Source: Oceanobacillus sp. (lineage in GTDB: Bacteria; Bacillota; Bacilli; Bacillales; Amphibacillaceae). Taken from it: DNA of 64,000 nucleotides. The first letter of the stretch is position 1. Every line of letters starts with the position of its first letter. Below, in pieces: positions 29,296-38,032 of the stretch. The stretch spans positions 31,869-95,868 of the forward strand of contig DAMDKS010000012.1 in the NCBI GenBank assembly GCA_032085455.1. The letters are read 5' to 3'. The translations under genes and the position numbers were made by a program. The notes beneath the pieces were generated by a model. The model did not search any database. It was not told the DNA's origin and saw only the letters and a program-made list of their open reading frames with translations.

Positions 29296-30298
29296 AATCA
29301 AGGCATTTGGTGAAGTCATGATGCGCTTGGATGTTCCAGGGAATCGCAAGCTTGAGCAAACACGTACATTGGACATCTTCTTTTCCGGGACGGGAGTAAA
29401 TGTATTGAGTGCGTTAAGTAAATATGGGCATGAAACAGCTATGGTGACAACCTTGCCAGCAAATTCAATAGGTGATGCAGCCGTTTCCTTTATACGGTCT
29501 TTAGGAATATCAACCACGGATATCAATCGAGACGGGGAATATATTGGGATGTATTTTATGGAAAATGGTTTCGGTTTTCGTCCATCTGTTGTTACATATA
29601 CCAATAGGGAATCAAGTTCATTTTGTATGTCAACATTATCTGATTATGATTTGGATAATTTGTTAGAAGACACAGGTATGATTCACTTTTGTGGAATTGG
29701 ATTAGCTATTTCAAAAAATGGACGTGAGCTTATGATTGCTGTTGCCGAAAGGGCAAAGGAAATGGGAATTACCATTGTTTTTGATTGTAATTTTCGGCCG
29801 AAGCTCTGGAAAGGCCAACTAGATAGAGCGAAACACTGCTATGAACAAATGCTGGAGCTGGCTGATGTCTGCTTCATGACAGAGAGGGATGCAAAGGCAT
29901 TGCTTGGAATGAAAACAGATAAAATAAATCGAAAAGAACAAATTGTTGAATTGATTCCCCAGATAGCAAAACGGTATCATATTAAAATAATAGCTGGTAC
30001 AATCAGAAAAAATACAAAAAACAATGAGAATCAGATTGAGGGATTTTTATTTCAGGATTCCATTTTTTCATTTTCCAGGGCATATACATTTCAAATACTA
30101 GATCGTGTTGGTGGAGGAGATGGATTTGCCAGTGGAATAATGCACGGGCTGGTACAGGACCTTTCTATGAATGATATAATAGAATTTTCCATGGCTGCCG
30201 GGGTTTTAGCTCAAACGATTCCTGGGGACTCACCATTGTGCACGGACAGTGAGGTTTGGGCATTGGCCAACAACTATAGAACAGATCTGGAAAGGTAG
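29285..30298 (+). CDS. PfkB-family sugar(-acid) kinase, KDG-kinase-like
   Basis: It has N-terminal FGEVMMRL and the PfkB signature DRVGGGDGFASG. Confidence 0.8.
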   Translation: MKHKIKAFGEVMMRLDVPGNRKLEQTRTLDIFFSGTGVNVLSALSKYGHETAMVTTLPANSIGDAAVSFIRSLGISTTDINRDGEYIGMYFMENGFGFRPSVVTYTNRESSSFCMSTLSDYDLDNLLEDTGMIHFCGIGLAISKNGRELMIAVAERAKEMGITIVFDCNFRPKLWKGQLDRAKHCYEQMLELADVCFMTERDAKALLGMKTDKINRKEQIVELIPQIAKRYHIKIIAGTIRKNTKNNENQIEGFLFQDSIFSFSRAYTFQILDRVGGGDGFASGIMHGLVQDLSMNDIIEFSMAAGVLAQTIPGDSPLCTDSEVWALANNYRTDLER

Positions 30299-30305
30299 AT
30301 TACAG

Positions 30306-31013
30306 ATGAAATTAAGTCTAAGACACGGCTCTTTATATCTGCAAGTGAAGGACATTTTAAAGGAACGGATTATCACTGGGAAGTATAAGAAAGATGCATT
30401 TATTCCCTCAGAGCCAGAGCTGGAGCAAGAATTTGGGGTAAGTAAAATTACCATTCGAAATGCAGTAGAACAATTGGCGCAGGAAGGGTATGTGGAAAAG
30501 AGAAGTGGTATTGGAACAAAGGTATTAGCAAATCAGGTTGTTTCCAAGCTGTCAAAAGGACAGCGGTTTTCTGAGTACTTAGTTGGCGAAGGTCATCAAT
30601 TGAGTAAGCAGCTAATTCAAGTATCGGTAGTGGATAATCCGGCTTTTCCAATCAGTGAGCTTGGAGGGGATAAAACGCATTGTGTTGAACGGCTTTATAC
30701 TTTAAATGGAAAGCCCTATATTCATTTTTGCCACTATATCCCAATTCATATTCCTTTGCCTGAGGATACGGAGGAATTTTCCAATTCATTATATGATATA
30801 CTTTATCATCAAGGAGTCCACCTCTACCGATTTAAAGATGAATTTGGTGTTGCTGTGCCGGAACAGAATATTGCTCATATGTTAGGGGTGGAAGAAAAGG
30901 CACTGCTTATGCGCGAGCGTTTTTCGTATGATATAAATGATAAGCTTATTGAGTACTCCGTGGCTTATTATAATACGGATATGCAAAAATATATCGTTAA
31001 TTTTGACGTGTAA
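30306..31013 (+). CDS. GntR/HutC-family transcriptional regulator (UTRA effector domain)
   Basis: HTH segment PSEPELEQEFGVSKITIRNAVEQLAQEGYV and a C-terminal UTRA-like domain. The start was chosen at MKLSLRHG. Confidence 0.85.
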   Translation: MKLSLRHGSLYLQVKDILKERIITGKYKKDAFIPSEPELEQEFGVSKITIRNAVEQLAQEGYVEKRSGIGTKVLANQVVSKLSKGQRFSEYLVGEGHQLSKQLIQVSVVDNPAFPISELGGDKTHCVERLYTLNGKPYIHFCHYIPIHIPLPEDTEEFSNSLYDILYHQGVHLYRFKDEFGVAVPEQNIAHMLGVEEKALLMRERFSYDINDKLIEYSVAYYNTDMQKYIVNFDV

Positions 31014-31020
31014 TAGGAAA

Positions 31021-31060
31021 AAAGCTGTTTTACTCTGAATGAGAGAAACAGCTTTTTCTT
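31021..31060. terminator. Bidirectional rho-independent terminator between convergent genes
   Basis: AAAGCTGTTT ... AAACAGCTTT stem flanked by an A-run on one side and a T-run on the other. Confidence 0.75.
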
Positions 31061-31067
31061 ATTGTAT

Positions 31068-32591
31068 TCACAAGTTATGTTCAGTAAGTATTGTTACAAT
31101 CTCGTTTTCGATTGCTTGTATGGTTTCATTTGAATCTAAATAATTATTAATGAGGATGGAAAAAATGAATTCCCTTCCATTCGAGGCTGTCGCATAACCT
31201 GATAATGCAGACACACCTGTGATTGAGCCTGTTTTTGCCATCACATTATTTTTAACAGGCTCTGCTGTCAACCGATTGCGTAACGTACCACCAACAAGTT
31301 TTTCCGTTGCGCCAGCTATTGGGAGGGAGCGCTTAAATGCTTGAAACCAGCTTTTATCCTGAGCTTTATAAAGAAGCTGTGTTAGTTCATTTGATGGAAT
31401 AAGCGTTTTATGTGACATTCCTGAGCCATCACGAAACAGGACGGTATCCCGATTTATCCCAAAATCCTCTATTACATCATTAATTACTTCAATTCCTTTT
31501 TCCCAGCTTCCTTCGCTGTGAACAGCCATGCCCATTTCCTTGGTGAGAACTTCGGCAATGCCATTATTACTTAGTTTCATAAACGGAAGGAGCAATTCTG
31601 AAAGTGGGATTGATTCCTTGGCTGTTAGCACATGTGCCTGTGTTGGAGTCACTTTTTCCTTGGTATCTCCAGTAATTTCGATTCCCTGTTCATTTAAGGA
31701 TTTCTGAAACATTTTTAGCACATATTCAGTTGGATTCCACACCGCGGTCCAAGAACGAGACAGCTCTCCATCTGCCGGCATTGTTCCTTTCACGATAATT
31801 TGATTTGTTCCATGTTCCCGTTCTATCTCAATCTGCTGGGACTCTCCCGCTGGTACCATCTTTGTCTGGTTATCGATTGTTACATAATCTGTCTCCGGAC
31901 TTATCTGGACTTGTGCTTTCTCTTCCGCGGTGCTGGAGGGAGTAACTTCAACGATTACTGTACCTGCATCATAATCCTCATCTGGGGAAAGGGTTAAAGC
32001 AGAAATTTGCGCTCCCGTATAAAAAGATTCATCTGACCAGTTTAAATCCTCTGATAATCGAATATCATCATACCATGTGTCATCCCCAATTACATTTCCC
32101 TCAATCGTATGGATTCCCAGCGCTTTAATTTCCTTTGCAAAGTGATCCAAATCAGATTTTAATAATGTCGGATCTCCTTTTCCTTTCAAATATAAATCAC
32201 CATGAAGGGTTGTGCCAATTTGCTTTCCATCTGTTAAAATTTCTGTACGGAAGCGATAATCTGCACCTAGCGTTTCGAGAGCAGCAATACTAGTAACTAA
32301 TTTCATGTTGGACGCAGGACGAAGGCGAATATCTCCATTGTGAGAATATAGGACTTCACCATCCGCAGCATGCATCACAGTCACCCCAAGAACGGCCCCA
32401 GCAAGTTCCTCCTTTTCTAGGATATTGTCCACTTTTTCTGATAGTGATTTATCTTCAGCAAATACCATTGTCGTTTTCTTGGCGGAATCTTGCGGATTCG
32501 ATAATTCCTCGTGAATTTCTGATGGATAGATAGCTGCAATCACCATTAAAGTTGTCAGCAAAAGGCCCATAAATAAGTATTTTCCTTTCAT
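31068..32591 (-). CDS. D-alanyl-D-alanine carboxypeptidase/endopeptidase, PBP4 (peptidase S13) family
   Basis: Signal anchor, SxxK (ASNMKL), SxN (LSNNG) and KTG (AKTGSITG) motifs are all present. Confidence 0.85.
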   Translation of the reverse strand: MKGKYLFMGLLLTTLMVIAAIYPSEIHEELSNPQDSAKKTTMVFAEDKSLSEKVDNILEKEELAGAVLGVTVMHAADGEVLYSHNGDIRLRPASNMKLVTSIAALETLGADYRFRTEILTDGKQIGTTLHGDLYLKGKGDPTLLKSDLDHFAKEIKALGIHTIEGNVIGDDTWYDDIRLSEDLNWSDESFYTGAQISALTLSPDEDYDAGTVIVEVTPSSTAEEKAQVQISPETDYVTIDNQTKMVPAGESQQIEIEREHGTNQIIVKGTMPADGELSRSWTAVWNPTEYVLKMFQKSLNEQGIEITGDTKEKVTPTQAHVLTAKESIPLSELLLPFMKLSNNGIAEVLTKEMGMAVHSEGSWEKGIEVINDVIEDFGINRDTVLFRDGSGMSHKTLIPSNELTQLLYKAQDKSWFQAFKRSLPIAGATEKLVGGTLRNRLTAEPVKNNVMAKTGSITGVSALSGYATASNGREFIFSILINNYLDSNETIQAIENEIVTILTEHNL

Positions 32592-32766
32592 TTATTCACA
32601 TCCTTCATCATGGTATTTTGAAAAAAGTAATAGTGCGAAATAAAAGAGGGGAACGGCAAGATATTCATTATTGAATTATATCCATGCCCAGCACTATTTA
32701 TGAGGGATTAAATAGTGAAACTTGGAGGTCGCGCAGTAGGGAAGTATAAGTGGATTCAATTCTGAT

Positions 32767-32795
32767 TTGACAAAGACTAATGGTTGTGATAGTAT
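32767..32795 (+). promoter_or_regulatory. Orphan SigA-type promoter TTGACA-17-TAGTAT (with TG at the extended -10 position)
   Basis: Consensus -35, 17-nt spacer and a good -10. No protein gene follows for about 450 nt. Confidence 0.4.
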
Positions 32796-33060
32796 TTAAA
32801 TTCTAGTAACAAATAGATCATTCTGGCATTCTGCAATGTTTTTGAAGATGCTTATTCAAACTGGAGCGACTAAGGGGTCGCAAGGATACAAGAGCAGGTA
32901 GGGCTTGTGTTGCTTAAGTTAGAGAACATCCAGTGGGATATGTACCGCGGTTAAAGTGAAATGAAAGATTGTGATTCGTTAAGTAATCTAACAACAATAG
33001 AATTTCCCACCCGAGATAATCGGGATAAAATTAAATATTTATATGTTACTGAAAATCAAA

Positions 33061-33086
33061 GGGGCACTCTGTACATTGAGTGTCCC
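33061..33086. terminator. Hairpin GGGGCACTC-N8-GAGTGTCCC, terminator-like (better U-tail on minus strand)
   Basis: 9-bp stem with one mismatch. The plus-strand tail is TTTACC and the minus-strand tail is TTTGATTTTC. Confidence 0.35.
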
Positions 33087-33184
33087 TTTACCAATATATA
33101 TGATAAAAATGTTCCTCCATTCCCCCGCTTCAGCAGTGGCTGAAAAGTAAATAAAAATTCACTTATATATTACATTGTGAAATA

Positions 33185-33213
33185 TTGAACAATCTTTTAT
33201 TTGATGGTATAAT
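33185..33213 (+). promoter_or_regulatory. SigA-type promoter TTGAAC-17-TATAAT (TGn extended -10)
   Basis: Near-consensus hexamers about 35 nt upstream of the SDR start. Confidence 0.6.
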
Positions 33214-33248
33214 GAAGTTGTTAGAAAATACGTTTGGAGGCGATTTTA

Positions 33249-34007
33249 ATGAAGTTGAAAAATAAAGTAGCAGTCGTAACTGGTGCAGGCGCAGGAATGG
33301 GAAGAGCTATTGCTTTGCTTTATGCAAAAGAAGGCGCCAAAGTGGTTGCAACTGATATTAATGAAGAAAGTATTAAAAAGGTTACCGAGGAAATTATTAA
33401 AGCTGGTGGAGAAGCAACACCACTTGTTGCAAATATTGCTAAAGAAGAAGACGTACAAAGCATGATTGATACAGCTGTTGAAAAATATGGCACCTTGGAC
33501 ATTCTCGTAAATAATGCTGGTATTATGGATAATTTTACTCCTGCTAAGGAAGTGACAGACGATTTATGGGAAAAGATTATGGCAGTAAATACTACCGGAA
33601 CAATGCGTGCGATTCGTAAGGCATTGCCAATCTTTTTAGAAAAGAAAAGTGGCATCATTATTAATAATGCATCTGTAGGTGGTCTGTATGGTTCTCGTGC
33701 TGGTGCAGCTTATACAGCATCAAAACACGCGGTCATTGGATTAACTAAAAATGTTGGTTTCCAGTATGCAATGGAAGGTATTCGCTGTAATGCGATTGCA
33801 CCGGGTGGAGTAAATACAGAAATAGGAACAACGATTGATAATCCAAGTAAATTTGGTATGGAGCGTGCCACAAGTGGTGCGCAAAATAACCCTCGCAGTG
33901 GTGAATCTGAAGAAATCGCAACGGTTGCTTTATTTCTAGGATCTGACGACTCCAGCTTTGTAAATGGACAAGTGATTACAGCCGATGGTGGCTGGACAGC
34001 TTATTAG
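33249..34007 (+). CDS. Short-chain dehydrogenase/reductase (classical SDR)
   Basis: TGAGAGMGRA (TGxxxGxG), NNAG and the catalytic YTASK (YxxxK). An RBS (GGAGG) precedes MKLKNK. Confidence 0.88.
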   Translation: MKLKNKVAVVTGAGAGMGRAIALLYAKEGAKVVATDINEESIKKVTEEIIKAGGEATPLVANIAKEEDVQSMIDTAVEKYGTLDILVNNAGIMDNFTPAKEVTDDLWEKIMAVNTTGTMRAIRKALPIFLEKKSGIIINNASVGGLYGSRAGAAYTASKHAVIGLTKNVGFQYAMEGIRCNAIAPGGVNTEIGTTIDNPSKFGMERATSGAQNNPRSGESEEIATVALFLGSDDSSFVNGQVITADGGWTAY

Positions 34008-34027
34008 AAAATAGTTCAAGATATTAA

Positions 34028-34079
34028 CCCCGCTGCGATTACGAAACATTCTTTCGTAATCGCAGCGGGGTTTTATTTT
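34028..34079 (+). terminator. Strong rho-independent terminator
   Basis: Perfect 19-bp stem CCCCGCTGCGATTACGAAA / TTTCGTAATCGCAGCGGGG followed by TTTTATTTT. Confidence 0.9.
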
Positions 34080-34143
34080 AAAAGCGGAAATAAATTTACA
34101 TATCAAAATAATGTCATGGGAAGTTGCTTTGCTTGCGATATTT

Positions 34144-34217
34144 GATTTATCCCCGATTGGTTCAACTAACGTTCAGTAGGGGATGAAAAGAAATCCCCAC
34201 TGAACGCATTTTCACTT
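34144..34217 (+). repeat. Intergenic hairpin repeat, copy A (short form)
   Basis: GATTTATCCCCGATTGGTTCAACTAACGTTCAGTAGGGGATGAAAAGAAATCCCCACTGAACGCATTTTCAC. The core folds as ACGTTCAGT(A)GGGGA / TCCCCACTGAACG with an A-rich loop. It is related to copies at 41080, 47707, 51423 and 53324. Confidence 0.8.
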
Positions 34218-34435
34218 TATATAAAAATTAAAATTAATTGACTTTTAAAAATCGTTAAAATATAATGCGGATAATAGAATGAAATGCTGGGTTTGCGTCC
34301 ATAGAATAATTTAGAGAAATCTGCATTAGTACTGGTAGTAGCATTTGACACAGAGAGGATGAAAAAAGAGGAAACACTTGTCTTTCTGGAAAAGAGACAA
34401 GCAACATTCAAAGATAGATAAGAGGAGAGGTCGTT

Positions 34436-35602
34436 ATGGACTTTAGTTTTTCAGAGGATATTGAATTTCTAAGACGAAATATAAAAAGATTTGTACGGGA
34501 AGAAGTAGAACCGGAAGCCATGGAAATTGAGGAAAAAAATGAAATTCCAAAGAAGATTATAGAGCAGTCCAAAGCAATGGGACTTTTCAGCTTAGGAATT
34601 CCAGAAGAATATGGTGGACTTGGACTAGATATGGTGGGAAAATGTGCAATCTATGAAGAACTTGGTAAAACGCATAATGGCTATACCACGCTAATTGGAG
34701 CTCATACTGGGATCGGCTCGGTCGGGATTGTGGAGCTGGGGACAGAGGCACAAAAACAAAAGTATTTGCCCAAAATGGCAACTGGTGAATGGATTGCAGC
34801 TTTCGCACTTACGGAGCCCGGTGCTGGCTCAAATGCTGCAAATATGAAAACCACTGCAGTAAAAAAAGGGGATAAGTATATTGTTAATGGGTCCAAACAT
34901 TATATAACCAATGCTGTGGATGGTCACGTATTCACTGTAATGGCAGTTACAGATCCTTCCAAAGGTGCGAAAGGGATTACTTCTTTCATTGTAGAGAAGG
35001 ACTTTCCTGGATTTACTCTTGGGAATGTAGAAGATAAAATGGGACTTCGCGGTTCCCACTCTGCAGAGCTATTCTTTGAGAATATGGAGGTTCCTGCAGA
35101 AAACGTGCTAGGTGAAGAAGGACGTGGCTATGTGAACGCCTTGAAAATTCTTGCTAATGGTCGTGCAGGACTTGCAGCACGCAACCTAGGCTCATGTAAG
35201 CGTCTGCTGGAACATTGTTTGGAATATGCAGAGAACCGTGAACAATTCGATCAACCGATTATCGAAATACAAGCAGTTCAGCATATGCTTGCAGAAATCA
35301 GTAAAGAAATTGCAGCGCTGGAAGCTTTAACATATAAAGTAGCTTGGATGACTGATCAAAAACAACGTGTCGTAAAAGAGGCAGCTATTGCTAAATTATA
35401 TGGTTCTGAGGTATATAACAAAGTGGCTGATCTGGCTGTTCAAATCCACGGTGGTATTGGTTATATGAGAGATTACCCGATTGAGCGCTATTACCGTGAT
35501 GCACGAATCACTAAAATTTATGAAGGAACATCAGAAATACAAAAAAATATTATTGCTGGTGAATTAAAGCGTGAACAGCAAAGAGGGGCGGCAGTAAAAT
35601 GA
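34436..35602 (+). CDS. Acyl-CoA dehydrogenase
   Basis: 388 aa. The segments [12 protein letters not shown], the GxxG region and the C-terminal IYEGTSEIQ are typical of ACADs. Confidence 0.9.
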   Translation: MDFSFSEDIEFLRRNIKRFVREEVEPEAMEIEEKNEIPKKIIEQSKAMGLFSLGIPEEYGGLGLDMVGKCAIYEELGKTHNGYTTLIGAHTGIGSVGIVELGTEAQKQKYLPKMATGEWIAAFALTEPGAGSNAANMKTTAVKKGDKYIVNGSKHYITNAVDGHVFTVMAVTDPSKGAKGITSFIVEKDFPGFTLGNVEDKMGLRGSHSAELFFENMEVPAENVLGEEGRGYVNALKILANGRAGLAARNLGSCKRLLEHCLEYAENREQFDQPIIEIQAVQHMLAEISKEIAALEALTYKVAWMTDQKQRVVKEAAIAKLYGSEVYNKVADLAVQIHGGIGYMRDYPIERYYRDARITKIYEGTSEIQKNIIAGELKREQQRGAAVK

Positions 35603-36789
35603 ATGAATCATACATCATAGGTTCAGTAAGAACTGCTGTCGGTAAAATGGGCGGGACATTAAAAGATGTTACCGTCGATTTATTGGCAGAAAAAGTGATT
35701 CGTGAACTGCTGGGGCGATATGGTTCTAATTTACAAATAGATGAAGTCATTCTTGGTCAGGCAAAGCAAAGTGCGGATACGTCAAACCTTGCACGTCTAG
35801 CTGCATTACGAGCTGATTTGTCTGTAAATGTTAGCGGCTATACGGTGCACCGCCAATGTGGTTCTGGTTTACAGGCAATCAACAATGCAGATATGCAAAT
35901 TAGGCTTGGTTTATCCGATGTCGTTATTGCTGGCGGAGCAGAAAGCATGAGTACTGCCCCTTACTATTTAAGACATGCACGTTTTGGCTATCGAGCGGGA
36001 AATGGTGTACTACTTGATCCGAATACGGAAAGTCAACCCTGCTCTCAGCCAACTGAGAAGTATGGGAATCTTACCATGGGGCTTACTGCTGAAAACCTTG
36101 CAGAAAAATATTATATCTCCCGAGAGGAACAAGATGCGTTTGCCCACCGGAGTCAGCTGCTCGCAGATGATGCTATTAAATCTGGCCGGTTTGCAAAGGA
36201 AATTGTGCCATATGAGATAAAAGATAGGAAAAAGACGGTTATATTCGACACAGATGAACATCCTTTTCTAACATCTCCGGAAAAACTGTCAACATTGCCT
36301 GCGGTATTTAAAGTGGATGGCACAGTTACACCAGGGAATGCAAGTGGAAGAAATGATGGCGCCTCTGTTGTACTCATGATGAACAAAGAAAAGGTGGAAG
36401 AATATGGCCTAAAGCCAAAGGCAAAAATTATTGGGCAGGCAACGAGCGGTGTATCTCCAGAAATTATGGGAATTGGTCCTGTAGAATCCACGTATAGAGC
36501 ACTGAAGCAAGCTGGTCTAAATATGAGCGATATCGGACTGATCGAACTAAACGAAGCATTCGCAGCTCAGTCCCTAGCAGTAATTAGAGAAGCTGAAATG
36601 GAACGGGATAAAGTAAATGTAAACGGAGGTGCTATTGCCCTAGGTCATCCTATAGGTGCAACTGGTGCTATTCTGATGACGAAGCTGTTACATGAAATGG
36701 AACGCAGGCAAGAAAAGTATGGACTTGTTACGCTTTGTATTGGTGGGGGACAGGGTATTTCGACGATTATTGAATACCTGGACAGATAG
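35599..36789 (+). CDS. Acetyl-CoA C-acyltransferase (thiolase)
   Basis: Active-site RQCGSGLQA, plus [21 protein letters not shown] and CIGGGQG. It overlaps the ACAD stop (ATGA). Confidence 0.92.
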   Translation: MNESYIIGSVRTAVGKMGGTLKDVTVDLLAEKVIRELLGRYGSNLQIDEVILGQAKQSADTSNLARLAALRADLSVNVSGYTVHRQCGSGLQAINNADMQIRLGLSDVVIAGGAESMSTAPYYLRHARFGYRAGNGVLLDPNTESQPCSQPTEKYGNLTMGLTAENLAEKYYISREEQDAFAHRSQLLADDAIKSGRFAKEIVPYEIKDRKKTVIFDTDEHPFLTSPEKLSTLPAVFKVDGTVTPGNASGRNDGASVVLMMNKEKVEEYGLKPKAKIIGQATSGVSPEIMGIGPVESTYRALKQAGLNMSDIGLIELNEAFAAQSLAVIREAEMERDKVNVNGGAIALGHPIGATGAILMTKLLHEMERRQEKYGLVTLCIGGGQGISTIIEYLDR

Positions 36790-36852
36790 AACTCCCATCA
36801 TGGGGATTTTTCTAATGATAATCGAATACTGTTATAATTAAACCCACCAGTT

Positions 36853-38013
36853 TTACCATGCAATTTTTCCCATAACTACTTCCTTGTTTGCTCCTGTTGC
36901 AGATGGGAGATTGTTTGGTTTATTGTGGTAACATAGGTAGCCTAGGCATGCGAAAGCGATTGCTTCTTTCGCATCTGCCTGCATTCCAATTTTATCCGAG
37001 CTCACAACAATTACTTTATCAGGAAGATTGGCTTTTATTCGTTGCATTAATGTCTTATTATAGCTTCCGCCTCCACTTATTATTATTTCATGTATTTCAC
37101 CTATATTAATATATTTTTCCATTTCCATAGTGAGTGTTTTTGCTGTTAGCTCTGTAATGGTTGCAAGCTTATCAATATTGCTTAATGTATTTGCCTGATT
37201 CCATAATCTCTTAGCATATTCTATTCCAAATAATTCACGACCCGTACTTTTCGGTGCTGGGTACTTATAATAGTCGTGTTGTAAAAGTTCTTCCAACCAC
37301 TTTTTATTTACTTTCCCTTTTGCAGCTAAAAATCCATCTTTATCATATGATTGCTTGTTTTCTGTTATGAAACTTGTAAATGCATCAATCATCATATTTC
37401 CTGGACCAGTATCATAGGCAATAACTTCTGATCCCTTACAATTTTTCGGTAGAACCGTTATATTTGAAATACCACCGATATTTACCATAATTCTTCCAAA
37501 CTCTTTTTCTTTGAAAAGCATAAAGTCAGTGAAAGGGACTAATGGGGCGCCTTGTCCACCGGCAGCCATATCGCGAGTTCGAAAATCGCCGACTGTCATT
37601 ATTCCTGTTCGTTCGGCAATGACGCTAATATCACCAATTTGCAGCGTAGAAGTAATTTCTTTCCCATCTATTGTAGTTGGCTCGGGCTGATGGAAAATGG
37701 TTTGCCCATGCGAGCTTATTAATCGTATATCTTCCTTAGTAAGTCCAGCTTCCTTCATCACTTTTAGCGATGCTGCAGCAAATAATTCCCCCAGCAACAT
37801 ATTCATGGAGGAAATGTCTTCAATTTTAGCTTTTTGTGGATTACATAAATGAAGAATCTTTGCTTTTATCTCATTCGAAAAAGGAAAAGTGCTAAAATGA
37901 ACAGACTCTACCTGAATTTCATCATTAATGTCGATTATTCTTACGATGGAAGCGTCAATACCATCCAAGGAAGTGCCAGACATTAATCCAATAACAAGAT
38001 TATCACTAGACAT
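36853..38013 (-). CDS. anmK: Anhydro-N-acetylmuramic acid kinase
   Basis: N-terminal GLMSGTSLDGIDASIV, plus ...DFR..D.A.GGQGAPLVP... and NIGGISN are characteristic AnmK segments. Confidence 0.88.
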   Translation of the reverse strand: MSSDNLVIGLMSGTSLDGIDASIVRIIDINDEIQVESVHFSTFPFSNEIKAKILHLCNPQKAKIEDISSMNMLLGELFAAASLKVMKEAGLTKEDIRLISSHGQTIFHQPEPTTIDGKEITSTLQIGDISVIAERTGIMTVGDFRTRDMAAGGQGAPLVPFTDFMLFKEKEFGRIMVNIGGISNITVLPKNCKGSEVIAYDTGPGNMMIDAFTSFITENKQSYDKDGFLAAKGKVNKKWLEELLQHDYYKYPAPKSTGRELFGIEYAKRLWNQANTLSNIDKLATITELTAKTLTMEMEKYINIGEIHEIIISGGGSYNKTLMQRIKANLPDKVIVVSSDKIGMQADAKEAIAFACLGYLCYHNKPNNLPSATGANKEVVMGKIAW

Positions 38014-38032
38014 TGTATCGTTTTCCTTTCTT

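Noticed and set aside
32925-32950. T-box riboswitch (GGGATATGTACCGCGG resembles GGGTGGTACCGCG)
   Set aside because: I found no Stem I/specifier features, no terminator overlapping the box, and no aminoacyl-tRNA-related gene downstream. The resemblance is limited to about 9 nt.
33101-33133. Minus-strand mini-ORF ATGGAGGAACATTTTTATCATATATATTGGTAA (MEEHFYHIYW)
   Set aside because: The only purine-rich stretch (GGGGGA) ends 2 nt before the ATG, which is too close for an RBS. It is too short to evaluate.
32961-33143. 60-aa plus-strand ORF in the PBP4/SDR gap
   Set aside because: It has no Shine-Dalgarno sequence, its composition is odd, and it reads straight through the 33061-33086 hairpin. The region is more likely RNA.
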